In this document: positions 43,884-54,869 of the stretch, piece by piece
Position numbering within the stretch: position 1 is the first letter of the stretch
How the letters are laid out: each line of letters begins with the position of its first letter
Source of the DNA: Rhynchopus sp. YZ270_cl-10
Taxonomy: Eukaryota
Length of the DNA: 64,000 bases
Reading direction: 5' to 3'
Assembly: GCA_964035575.1 (NCBI GenBank)
Contig: OZ037835.1
Coordinates: 682,001-746,000, forward strand
Position numbers and translations under genes: made by a program
Notes under the pieces: generated by a model
The model's input: only the letters and a program-made list of their open reading frames with translations
Told to the model about the DNA's origin: nothing
Database searches by the model: none

Positions 43884-46331
43884 AACGTACATGTCCCCCA
43901 AAGAGCAGAAAAACCTCACGACAAAGTTCACAGCGGCGGTGTGGACGGGTACCAACAGAAGGGCGCCAGAAGTTGTACTGCACGTCCTGCAACACGGACA
44001 TCGCATGGACCCTTCCATGGTCTTGCACCTCCACAGGCTAAGAGCATGGGCCAAACAAATGAGAAAGGCAAGTTGCAGACCCCTCGCTACAGCCGCTTGG
44101 CAGAATAGAGACTCTCTGACATGTGGCCCATTCCATCTCATCTCGCTCACCCTGCGAGCACTCGGCTGGACATGGCAGTCTCCAACGTCGATTAGCTTTG
44201 TAAACGAGGCAGGTGACGCTGCTACCTTGGAGCTGAGTACGCTCACAGACAAGCAAGTGGCAGGAATGGAGGCAGAAGCCCGCCACTTCCTCCGTACGGA
44301 GATACTCTCAAAAATGGCTAACAGGCGCCCCGACTTCGAAGGCCTGCAGCATGGTGTCGATGGCCACACAACCAGGCACCTGTTAGAGGACTCTGCTAAC
44401 GAGTTAACCGGCTACCAGAAAGGCATTCTCAGATCAGTCATCGCGGGTGCGGTGAACACCACGGGCCGCTCAGGCCTCAGCACAACATCTTGCCCCTATT
44501 GCGTGTCTGGCGAACGAGAGACGGTTGAGCATCTTTGGTGGGACTGCCAGGCGTGGTCGTCGGTGCGAGCCAGGCACAGCATCACATCGCAGGATCGAAC
44601 CAATTGGCCAAATTGCCTGTCGATATGTGGGGTGGCCCCTGCCTTCCGACAAGGGGACAATGCGCTACCGCAATACTCGGACGACAGACGCTTCATCGTC
44701 AGGAGTCTCCAACGCTTCTTTGTGGAGGTGGTAAAAGAGCGACAGATCCGTGCCGACCGCCCCGAAGAATCTGCCAGACACCACCGGCTGCAGAGCTTTC
44801 CGTGGGGCTGGTCCTCACCCCAGCCCAGACAGGTACATCTCCCAGTCTACAGCTACGAGAGCGTCCGTCAACAGTGGAAACACAACGAAGACCTTTGGCA
44901 TGCACTAAACTCCTGGGTGCGAGGACTTCAGTGGGCCCACGTCGGGTCCGAACACTCAATCAGCCTCATCGAGCTGGCAGTGGACTTTGAGCTCACCACA
45001 GGAATGCCGCTCCCAGACGTTGGCAGCCGCCGCTATCCGCAGTTCAAAGCCTCTACCTCGTCGTGCACGGTTAGGGACCATATCGCGGACCACAGCGGGG
45101 TGGAAATGTTCTTTGACGGCGGAGCAAGACAGAACAAAACTGTCTTCGCGAGGGCTGGGGCAGGAGCGGTGGTATATGTGGATGGTGTCAAGAGCGCATC
45201 GGTGGCCACCCCACTTCCCTCAGCCAGAAGCAACAACGTGGCGGAGTACGAAGGAGTCATCAGTGGCCTCCGCCTCCTCAACGAACTCCCCTCTGAGCTG
45301 CAAGGCCCGGTCACCATCAGCGGAGACTCCAAGCTGATTGTGGACCAGCTCCGGGGGGTAGCTGACTGCAACGATTTCCTCAAACCGCTGTTCCTCGTGG
45401 CTAAAGAACTGATCAGAGAGGTTCAACCCCGTTTCACCCTGGGGTTCCGCCACATCGCGCGAGAGCGAAACAAGGACGCTGACGCTCTCAGCAACCAGGC
45501 AATGGATGAGGTGGAGAACCAGAAGCAAGCAGAACTTGCCGCTGCCTCCTCGGAACGCGACACCTTCCTGCAAAGCGCGTTGGCCAAGTCACTCTCACTG
45601 GGCGAGCTGATGCAGACCTTTGCGAAGGTGTACAAACCGCAGTCCTGGATGTACGGCCACTACACCAACGTCACTAGCCTTACTGCCATCGGAGGTTCGG
45701 TGACCAGTGGTGTGAGCAAACGAGCAGTTCTCAACAGCAAAACTGAGGAGGTACTGCGCCACCTACAGTCGCACATAGCAGCCTTTGCAGGGAACCGCCG
45801 CTCCCTCTTGTACGAGGAGACCCAGGCTTGGGCAGCCCAGTTCCGGCCGCAAGAGCATTACGCTGATGACTGGACTGAAGCCTCCGCAGGATGGCGAGGC
45901 AGAGCGACTGAAGCCAGAGCTGCAGGACGGGCCCGCCCACCTCGCACGGCCCCTCCAGACGCCAGAAAGTGCGCCAAAACCTTGTCTTGTCTGACCCACG
46001 GCAAAGTGCGATGTAACTCGTGCAAGACGCTGCGAGCCGCTCCAGAAACCTGCTGCAGCCTACACCACACAGAAGGCGATGGCCGCGCCATTGTGATGGA
46101 CTTCTGCACGAAACATAGACTCACGAGATGTGGGGCATGCTTGCTAGACAAGAAATCATTGGCCCAGTGCTGCGGAACGTGCCACACACGCCACATCAAT
46201 AACAGCACGTCAGCACGAGGCACACTCCCCCTACATCACAGGCAAGACCCCGCGGGGTCTTCGCAGGTGACGTAGCCCCCCCCACACCTAAGGGCCATAT
46301 TCTGCGCAAGAATTACCCTCACTAGGCATTA
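43884..46331 (+). mobile_element. 5'-truncated non-LTR retrotransposon
   Basis: 15-bp TSD CACACACAGCAGCAC at 43869-83 and 46332-46; ORF open from the junction; no poly(A) tail. Confidence 0.9.
43885..46275 (+). CDS. C-terminal part of retrotransposon ORF: CCHC zinc finger, RNase H, Cys/His-rich tail
   Basis: CPYC...ETVEHLWWDC; MFFDGG...SNNVAEY...GDSKLIV...HIARERNKDADAL; no RT core present. Confidence 0.88.
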   Translation, partial: TYMSPKEQKNLTTKFTAAVWTGTNRRAPEVVLHVLQHGHRMDPSMVLHLHRLRAWAKQMRKASCRPLATAAWQNRDSLTCGPFHLISLTLRALGWTWQSPTSISFVNEAGDAATLELSTLTDKQVAGMEAEARHFLRTEILSKMANRRPDFEGLQHGVDGHTTRHLLEDSANELTGYQKGILRSVIAGAVNTTGRSGLSTTSCPYCVSGERETVEHLWWDCQAWSSVRARHSITSQDRTNWPNCLSICGVAPAFRQGDNALPQYSDDRRFIVRSLQRFFVEVVKERQIRADRPEESARHHRLQSFPWGWSSPQPRQVHLPVYSYESVRQQWKHNEDLWHALNSWVRGLQWAHVGSEHSISLIELAVDFELTTGMPLPDVGSRRYPQFKASTSSCTVRDHIADHSGVEMFFDGGARQNKTVFARAGAGAVVYVDGVKSASVATPLPSARSNNVAEYEGVISGLRLLNELPSELQGPVTISGDSKLIVDQLRGVADCNDFLKPLFLVAKELIREVQPRFTLGFRHIARERNKDADALSNQAMDEVENQKQAELAAASSERDTFLQSALAKSLSLGELMQTFAKVYKPQSWMYGHYTNVTSLTAIGGSVTSGVSKRAVLNSKTEEVLRHLQSHIAAFAGNRRSLLYEETQAWAAQFRPQEHYADDWTEASAGWRGRATEARAAGRARPPRTAPPDARKCAKTLSCLTHGKVRCNSCKTLRAAPETCCSLHHTEGDGRAIVMDFCTKHRLTRCGACLLDKKSLAQCCGTCHTRHINNSTSARGTLPLHHRQDPAGSSQVT

Positions 46332-46449
46332 CACACACAGCAGCACTGTCAGCGACTGGATGCTGCATGTCGCCATTGTTCAGAGGTATCCAGAAAGGGA
46401 AGACTGTGCTGGGGATGTGTGTGTGGTGTGGTGTGTGGGTTCTCTTTGT

Positions 46450-47760
46450 GATGACTTATGAGGAAAACGTTCTTTTTTGTATTGCAGCAAAGATAGCTGA
46501 GGTATTGTGATGAGGGGGACTGGGGAAGCACAGCACAAATAATCCTGATGGTGGTAACAACCAACGTTGACAAAGGAAGTGCTTAGCAATAACAACAACG
46601 GGCATGTAGCTTAGCTAAACGGTGCCCGCAAAAATAATAAAACCTAGTAGTGATCCTACATTCGCAAACGTTTTTACCGACGTGATGTTCGTTGACGCAT
46701 CTTGCGAGGTTGGTGCCATGGGGTGTAATCAACAACAAGATAAAACAATGAAGAAACAAAAACCAACACGTGTGGAACAAACAATGGAGAGGATAAAATA
46801 TTTCCTGAACGACGCTTGCATTTTGGGATAATACAAGCTGTTTGACAAAAGAAACGCGAGCTTATTGGTTTATCTTGTTCAGAAAAATGACCCTAGACAC
46901 TTTCGTGCAGAGGTGGGCACCGTTGCACTTCAAGGTGACGGGATGGCAAGACTCAAACTGCGGTATCAAGAACAACACCATTAACAACACATTTCTTTCT
47001 TGTGTAACAAACAACTATGACACAACACCGCTTGCCGACAGAGCAAGGAGCAAATAATACATTAGGCGTGGAAACGCTTCAGACACATGTGACGGTGGGT
47101 CACTCATTAATATCACATTTCCATCCATAAAAGTGTCTGGAATAAGTGACTACAGTGGCTAAACAAAAGTTACGCCTAAACTTAAGGCGGAAATTACTTT
47201 AGGTGGAATGTTTCTTGGGCGGAACTTTGTTTAACCACTGTTGTACACAACGAGAAAGAAATATCATTTTATTCCCAATTTACAAAATAGTGGTCCCCAA
47301 GCACCAGCCAAACACATGCAGCAAAATGCTGTTCGCGGCTTAGTTGTTCCCAGGTTGTTGTGTGTCAGGAGTTTGGCCCATTCGGCTTTGTACATTTCAA
47401 AAATATTTGTGATCCGCCAATCCGTTCTCGTGCGCAGTCTGCATCTTCTGCTTAAGTTGTTTGGGAAAATAGCTATCATTGGGGTAAACTTATTCGGGGG
47501 CACCTTTTGAATGGTAACGGGCTAGCAAATGGTACATTGAAGCAAAATGGTATGCAGTGGGGGTGTTTACCCCTACTTTGTAAATCGGAATATATTTACA
47601 CATTGCTTGTCATAAGGCAGACGTGATTTTTCACTTCTTCAAGTGCGCTCGTCACCTGCTGCACATAATTCACCTTGACTCCTCGGGGCCTTATGTCTTA
47701 TTGGTTGGTAGGGGATGGGGAAACACAAAATGCTCTAGAGACTCGTTCCTCTTTGCTTGT
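46450..47760. repeat. Intergenic spacer type 2 of the tandem unit
   Basis: Colinear with ~36165-36535 plus ~39106-40600, and partly with ~54250-54740. Confidence 0.8.
47153..47240. mobile_element. 88-bp MITE
   Basis: TIR CAGTGG(C/T)TAAACAAA; follows TA; absent at the homologous site ~39665. Confidence 0.65.
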
Positions 47761-47904
47761 TGCTCAAAAGGATAAAAACGGGAAGAGGAAAAATTTAGGT
47801 TGTTTGTTGTTCGCTTCCACACCACTTCTGTTTCAGAATCAAGTCTTTTGGCTGTCCTTACAAGTGCCTGCCAAAACGCTCGCCTCGTGGGTGTGGATTT
47901 TTTT

Positions 47905-50025
47905 TTCAACTTACCTTCCTTCACCCCCCTGTAAGGGTAACCGTAGGTGAAGTAAGGTATAGTATTGAAATCGATGTGGGGGGGGAGTAAAGGGTCAATA
48001 TTACAAAACCAGATTTTGAGGAAAATTTTAGCTGAAAATGGGCCCCACGTATAAGCAACCGGGCTCATATTTCTCAAAATTTAAGTGGTCAAAAAATTGT
48101 CCAATTTTCGAGATTGACCCCACCACTGCACGGGCGGAGCCCAAAAATGCAAATAAGGACCCTTTTTAATTTGTTGTACGAGTATGCAATACGTCTGGAA
48201 ATGAAAGACGCGTTCTTCGGTTGCCATGAGTCTTACCGTTTCCCCTTCCCCCCCTTTTGTGCTCCACCTCTCCCCCGTACTTCAGGACGCGGGTTTTCGG
48301 GGTATTTCGGGACTTTTGGGGTTTGAAAAAAAAAAAAGGATGGATGCGATCAACAAACAACAAACAACGAATAAATAAAGAAGGGGTGGGGTATTTCATT
48401 TTCTCTTGAAATGTGTAATTTCATGTTTTCGCGAAAAAAATTACAACTGATCCTACAAGGGTTGAAGGAAGGTGGTTGAAAACAACAATAACAACAAGAA
48501 CAAGTAATTGCTAAGAAAAAAGCGGGGTGTGCTGTGGAAAACTCCGCGCGATTTTCGAAACCACCGTAGCATCCTGGCGATTTGCTGGAGGTGCTGATGC
48601 GCCTGGTGTGATCGATGTGTTGTAGTCTGTGCATTCTGTGTTCCTTCCGCACTGCTCCAACGACGACGACAATGTGGGGAGCCTGTGGACAAAAACGAGC
48701 TGGAACACGCGGAGCCTGCCGAGCCGACGTCCAACAACGTTATCGAGCAGATGGTGCTGGACGAAGAGGACAGCCCCTTCTTGAACGTTTCAGATGCTGG
48801 CGTCCCAGTGGGTCTGGCAGCGCACAAAGAGCGTTAGCATACCTGCTGCAGAAAAGCAGAATGCTGGCCGTGTTGTAGATTATTTCTACAGGATGGAGTT
48901 CCACATCACACCCCGTTTTTTTTCCGATAGCAATTACTTGTTTTTTTTTGAAAACTTGGTTGTATTTTCAACTTACCTTCCTTCACCCCCCCTGTAAGGG
49001 CAACCGTAGGTGAAGTAAGGTATAGTATTGAAATCGATGTGGGGGGGGAGTAAAGGGTCAATTTTACAAAACCAGATTTTGAGGAAAATTTTAGCCGAAA
49101 ATGGGCCCCACGTATAAGGAACCGGGCTCATATTTCTCAAAATTTAAGTGCTCAAAAAATTGTCCAATTTTCGAGATTGACCCCACCACTGCACGGGCGG
49201 ATCCCAAAAATGCAAATAAGGACCCTTTTTCAACTTACCTTCCTTCACCCCCCCTGTAAGGGCAACCGTAGGTGAAGTAAGGTATAGTATTGAAATCGAT
49301 GTGGGGGGGGAGTAAAGGGTCAATTTTACAAAACCAGATTTTGAGGAAAATTTTAGCCGAAAATGGGCCCCACGTATAAGCAACCGGGCTCATATTTCTC
49401 AAAATTTAAGTGCTCAAAAAATTGTCCAATTTTCGAGATTGACCCCACCACTGCACGGGCGGATCCCAAAAATGCAAATAAGGACCCTTTTCAATTTGTT
49501 CTCTTGAAATGTGTAATTTCATGTTTTCGCGAAAAAAATAACAACTGATCCTACAAGGGTTGAAGGAAGGTGGTTGAAAACAACAATAACAACAAGGACA
49601 AGTAATTGCTAAGAAAAAAGCGGGTGTGCTGTGGAAAACTCCGCGCGATTTTCGAAACCACCGTAGCATCCTGGCGATTTGCTGGTGTGATCGATGTGTT
49701 GTAGTCTGTGCATTCTGTGTTCCTTCCGCACTGCTCCAACGACGACGACAATGTGGGGAGCCTGTGGACAAAAACGAGCTGGACCACGCCGAGCCTGCCG
49801 AGCGGGCGTCCAACAACGCTATCGAGCAGATGGTGCTGGACGAAGAGGACAGCCCCCCTTCTTGAACGTTTCAGATGCTGGAGTCCCAGTGGGTCTGGCA
49901 GTGTACGAAGAGCGTTAACATACCTGCAGAAGAGCAGAATGCTGGGCTTATTGTAGATTATTTCTACAGGATGGAGTTCCACATCACACCCCGTTTTTTT
50001 TCCGATAGCAATTACTTGTTTTTTT
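47905..50025 (+). repeat. Local tandem duplication (three ~260-bp units, two ~550-bp units)
   Basis: TTCAACTTACCTTCCTTCACCCCC... at ~47905, ~48967 and ~49228; 48400-48950 repeated at 49500-50025. Confidence 0.88.
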
Positions 50026-51082
50026 TCCTTCTTTTCTTTTTTCTCGACTTGATAACGGTAAATACGCAGATTTACGGTTTGGATGTGTTTTTCCTGAAGT
50101 ACAGAAAATGTTGTGGAGCACAAAGGGAAAAGAGAGGGGGAAAACAAGCGGGGAGGTGGATACGCAGAACGCGCGACTTTTCACGAGGGTCTCGAGCATT
50201 TTGTCAAATACTACGTGTTTACTAAAAAGGAAAAGTCGGAGTGGTGGTCAATTACTGCGTAACAAACAACTATGACAACACCGCTTGCCGGCAGAGCAAG
50301 GAGCAAATAATACATTAGGCGTGGAAACGCTTCAGAGAACACATATCACTCATTAAGAACACATTTCCATCCTCAAAAGTGTCCGGAATAAGTTACCAGT
50401 ATACATGCACTGTATTGGGCCCTAGAAATTTAGGTAAAAATAGGTGTAATTGTGGTGTAAAACGGTGCAGTATGAAACGGGAAAAAATAGTAATTTTTTT
50501 TACCCCCAAAAAGGTAGAGAGCGGGCTTTAAACAGGGTGAAGAAAAGGAAAACAATAGAAGTTGAAACGTGCTAAAACGCATCTCAGTCGAAAGTATAGT
50601 TTACAAAAAGCATGCTTGTGTCTCTTGCTATGTGATCGTTCTTGCTTTGCATTGATGCGTCCACACCAGAAGAAACTTGCTCTCCGTGAGGCATGAAGCT
50701 GGTGGAGCACAGACATGGGATGGCGAGGGGCTGTCTATGTGGGGGAGAGGCGAAAAGGGGTACAAAAGGAACCAACGTCATTCTCACATTCAATCGCGAC
50801 AGAAACGTTCTTTGTACATTGCATGTCCCTAAAAATGCTCGAGAGACTCGTTACTCTTAGCTTGTTGCTCAAATGACTATAAACGGGAAGGGGGGGAAAG
50901 AAAGGTTGTTCGTTGTTTGTTGTTGGGTGCTCTTTTTCCTTCTTTTTCATCTCGACTTGAAAACAGCAAATATGCAGGTTTACAGTTTACGCGATGGTGA
51001 TCATGAACTGTTAACTATGTTCAGACGCCAGAGGGTGTCTGACGAGACGGAGGAACGTCCGTCGACGCAAACCAAAGCAACC

Positions 51083-53713
51083 TCAGTGCAGGTGCACAAC
51101 GTACGGTGCATAAGCCTTCTGCTCCACATAGCCGGTAAGCTCTTCGTACTGTGTGCGTTGGTCCTGAGCGACGGTGTCCAGCAGAGAAGACGCCTTCTCA
51201 AACTCCTGTTTGATGATGAGCTCGAAGACCTCGTTCCACCGAGCATGAGGGTTGTTCACGGCAGACTCCAGCTGGTACATCCACTCCTCATCTGCGCTGC
51301 TGCACAGCCCACGTACGGTAAACACGGTCTGTGCCTTCTCGCTCAGCTTGTTGTACAGCATCGCGCCAGAACAACGCAGTACCACCTGTCCCTCCGCCTC
51401 ACGCGACACCTTCTGGTCAACCACACCAGGCAGCTCGTTGTACTCCTTGTTCCAACGCTCCATCACAACCACCCACGACATGGACTGCGAAAGAATCGAC
51501 ATCTTCTTCATCCCGTTGCAGCCCATGTTCCCGACACGTGCCTCGCCTGTCGTGCACCCGTACGAGATCTTGTGTGCATCCCCAAGTGCTGTTGCCACTT
51601 CGTGTGCAGCCTTCACACAGGCAGCACTGTGCGACGGCTTCGGAACAAAGGCGTTGAAGGTGGCAAGCATCTTGTCCCCTGCGAACGTGTCGCACACACC
51701 TTTGTTGTGCTGCACTGATGACATGATGTGCTCCATAATACCACCGTGTGCGGAGAGCACCTCTGCGTCCTTGTGCTTCTTGCAGAAGGCGTGCCACGAT
51801 ACGACGTTCATGTGTGCCAGCGACACCTTCTTCTTCTTCATCCCTTCCACACGCAGCAGTGCCTTCTGGTTCTGCATCGCAGCAACTGAATTGCGTGACG
51901 CACGTGATCCAGCAGAAGAGGACATACCAGACCTCCGCGACTTCATAGTCGAAGATGCCTCTGACACGGATGCTTCTTTATCATTATCACTGTCGTTGAC
52001 AAGCACACTCTGCGGCATGTAGTTCCGGTACTCCACCAGGTTCGCCACCATGGTAACAAAGCTGCACTGCATCATCCCCACTTCACTCAGCTGCGACACT
52101 GCACGGCCCGTGTCCACAGCCTCCAGGTCCATCACAGCCACACTTGCCATCTCACTCCCAAGCTTCAGCAGAGGGGACGTGATGTAGCGTGTGAACACAA
52201 CAGCAATGGCCAGGAGTACCGTGATCGCAATGACCGTGACAACCACCATCACAATCACCGCATCCTCCTTCTGTGTGTCTGCAGAGGACAGATCTGATGC
52301 CACCTTCGCACGGATTGCATTCGTCGACGCATCAATCGAGTCCATCACAGACACCCTCGGCACAAGAAGGTTCGCAAAAAATGTAATCGTTTTGTGTTGA
52401 ATTGTCGATGTGATTGTCCAGAACTCCGTGCCGTTCGAGTCAGACCACTTCAGGAAGGAGTCCTCTGTCATCTCCACAAGGTCTCTGTAGTTCTGTGGGT
52501 GTGTGAACACAAACCGCCCATGCTCTGCAATCACTGAGGGGATGTGCCACGTCGCGTCTTCCATTGAGTGATTCGTGATGTTAAATGCCACCGCCATATC
52601 AATTGGAACGCCCTGGTTACTCACGCGATTTTCGAACCACATATGCCTTCCTCTGTTGTACGCGACAAGCGTTCCTGTTGTGTCAGAGGCACCGTCGTAC
52701 TCCACCAGGTACAGCGACGTGCCGGCTGGGAGCAGCTGTGATCTCACTGCCTCTGATACCCCGGTCCCGGTCACAAACGCGGTAACGACGCCCATACGCT
52801 TGCCCTGCTTGGGGTGCATCGTGTACATCTCTGGGTGGGTGAAGGTGTAGCTCAGCTCCCAGTTCATGAAGTCGAATGTAATCTGCAGACTTGAGTAGAT
52901 CAGTGTCTCCGCAGGGAACATGGGTGGGTCATCGGCACCCAAGTTGTAGATCTGTTTGCCACGGGATATCGCGAGTGTCGTGCCCGGGGGCTCGCTTAAG
53001 TCGAAGGGAAATGCGCACCCACCACGCCACTCCCCCTTGTTGTAGTCCGGCCTGAAGTTGCACGGCAGATGTGGGAACCTTCTGTCACCTCTATCAGTGG
53101 CTTCCGCTAAAGAGACCCAGTCAGATATGCCCACCGCCCCCGTCACATGGTCACGCATCTCGTACACCACGAGGACCTGGGAGCCGTTCGTAGGAGCTAT
53201 ACCCATCGCAGGGTTGATATCCCTGAACGCAATCCGTGAGCCCCACCCTGCAAACCCGTCACCCCTCTTCCACGGAACAGGATGTGCTGGGGACCATGGG
53301 TACATTTCGTACGAAATGTATTCCAATCCAGACGTCGTCCCAGCACGATACGCGGAGATCATTGCAGGGCGCATAACCGTATCCCCAAAGGTGGGGCTCG
53401 TGCTGACGTTTGGGTGGTGCGCCTTCGCAAGGTTGGCCAGAGTTACCACGAGTTGCTCAGGAACCTTCAGGTACTCCTTCACTGCAGTGTCCACGTTGCC
53501 AAGGACGGAGCGCAGGTAGCGCGACGAGACCGTTTCGATGTCCGCCGTACCACTGTCGAGACACATCCCAAAGCCCTCATCACCTGTGTCACGTGCCTTC
53601 TCCAGAAGGTCGTCCCATGTTGTCAGAGTGAAGCCACCGATGATCGCACCTGTCGACAGAATCAGCACCACACACAGCAGCACTGTCAGCGACTGGATGC
53701 TGCATGTCGCCAT
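51083..53713 (-). CDS. Receptor-type cyclase-like protein, copy 5
   Basis: Intact 876-aa paralogue, closest to copy 4. Confidence 0.9.
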   Translation of the reverse strand: MATCSIQSLTVLLCVVLILSTGAIIGGFTLTTWDDLLEKARDTGDEGFGMCLDSGTADIETVSSRYLRSVLGNVDTAVKEYLKVPEQLVVTLANLAKAHHPNVSTSPTFGDTVMRPAMISAYRAGTTSGLEYISYEMYPWSPAHPVPWKRGDGFAGWGSRIAFRDINPAMGIAPTNGSQVLVVYEMRDHVTGAVGISDWVSLAEATDRGDRRFPHLPCNFRPDYNKGEWRGGCAFPFDLSEPPGTTLAISRGKQIYNLGADDPPMFPAETLIYSSLQITFDFMNWELSYTFTHPEMYTMHPKQGKRMGVVTAFVTGTGVSEAVRSQLLPAGTSLYLVEYDGASDTTGTLVAYNRGRHMWFENRVSNQGVPIDMAVAFNITNHSMEDATWHIPSVIAEHGRFVFTHPQNYRDLVEMTEDSFLKWSDSNGTEFWTITSTIQHKTITFFANLLVPRVSVMDSIDASTNAIRAKVASDLSSADTQKEDAVIVMVVVTVIAITVLLAIAVVFTRYITSPLLKLGSEMASVAVMDLEAVDTGRAVSQLSEVGMMQCSFVTMVANLVEYRNYMPQSVLVNDSDNDKEASVSEASSTMKSRRSGMSSSAGSRASRNSVAAMQNQKALLRVEGMKKKKVSLAHMNVVSWHAFCKKHKDAEVLSAHGGIMEHIMSSVQHNKGVCDTFAGDKMLATFNAFVPKPSHSAACVKAAHEVATALGDAHKISYGCTTGEARVGNMGCNGMKKMSILSQSMSWVVVMERWNKEYNELPGVVDQKVSREAEGQVVLRCSGAMLYNKLSEKAQTVFTVRGLCSSADEEWMYQLESAVNNPHARWNEVFELIIKQEFEKASSLLDTVAQDQRTQYEELTGYVEQKAYAPYVVHLH

Positions 53714-53769
53714 TGTTCAGAGGTATCCAGAAAGGGGAGACTGTGCTGGGGATGTGTGTGTGGTGTGGT

Positions 53770-54238
53770 TGATATCAGTGTCCCGAAGGTAATTCGTGCT
53801 AATCAAAACAAGGCCACACTTACAAAGTTTAGCCACAAACTACGCCCCCCTGCCTACTATCAGGTATTGCCAAGCCTGTGTTTATGGCGGTGTGACGACG
53901 TTTTGTCTGAGATTCCAACTTTCGGAAAATCAGTGCGCCTGTGACCATCTCGAACAGTTTGTGCCACTGAGGAAGTGGCTAGGGTAGGTGTGTACTTTAG
54001 AATTGTTCTCCCAACGGGGGGAGCGAGGATCCTTAAAGGATCCTTGCGACCCCCCAACTCGCTGAAGAGGAGGTGGCGTCACTCACCTGGGTCCATCATC
54101 ATGCCAAGGGCTCTAGTCTTGGCACTCCGGAGCTGCTGCCCCTACTTTCCATCCTCAGGTAAACCGTCACAGAACTCAGGAGGCGTCACACCAGGTGTAA
54201 TTTCCCCCGGATGCTATTTAACGTCCATCCCAGGACGC
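53770..54238 (-). mobile_element. ~470-bp non-coding insertion, possibly SINE-like
   Basis: Interrupts the conserved upstream GT-rich tract; GTGTGGTGTG on both sides; shares a terminal motif with the LINE. Confidence 0.55.
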
Positions 54239-54869
54239 GTGTGGTGTGATGACTTATGAGGAAAACGTTCTTTTTTGTAGTGCAGCGAAGATAGCTGAGG
54301 TATTGTGGTGATGAGGGGGACTGGGGAAGCACAGCACAAACAAATATTCCTGGTGGTGGTAACAACCAACGTTGACAAAGAAGTGCTTAGCAATAACAAC
54401 AAAGGTAAGTGCTACGAGCTCGTGTAATGTTGAGGACTACCTATCATAAGATGAATCCAGGCAGAGTCGGGAATGTACACACTAGACACTTTCGTGCTAG
54501 AGGTGGACACCGTTGCACTTCAAGGTGACGGTGTGGCAAGACTCAAACTGCGGTATCAAGAACAACACCATTAACAACACATTTCTTTCGTGTGTAACAA
54601 ACAACTATGACAACACCGCTTGCCGACAGAGCAAGGAGCAAATAATACATTAGGCGTGGAAACGCTTCAGACACATGTGACGGTGGGTCACTCATTAATA
54701 TCACATTTCCATCCAAAAGTGCCCGGAATAAGTGACCAGTATAAAACGGTTATTCTTCCTCACTTCAAAATTTAGCTTTTCTCCTTCTCAGAAAAAAGAG
54801 AAGATGTAGCATTTGCATTGTTCGCATCAGAAGCGTTTGTCAGAATTAAAAAGAAAGCACAAAGCAACC

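Larger units (their letters stand above)
41283..46376 (-). pseudogene. Receptor-type cyclase-like protein, copy 4, disrupted by a retrotransposon in TM1
   Basis: ATG and first codons lie at 46332-46376; the remainder (41283-43883) is still open; the insertion lies between them. Confidence 0.9.

Noticed and set aside
41283..44369. 1028-aa ORF as an N-terminally extended receptor
   Set aside because: The extra ~160 aa is antisense retrotransposon sequence; the true start is at 46376.
45856..45873. YADD as an RT active site
   Set aside because: Lies downstream of RNase H with no surrounding RT motifs.
46311..46327. Resemblance of AATTACCCTCACTAGG to the T3 promoter (vector contamination)
   Set aside because: Imperfect match, inside a TSD-bounded element, with no other vector sequence.
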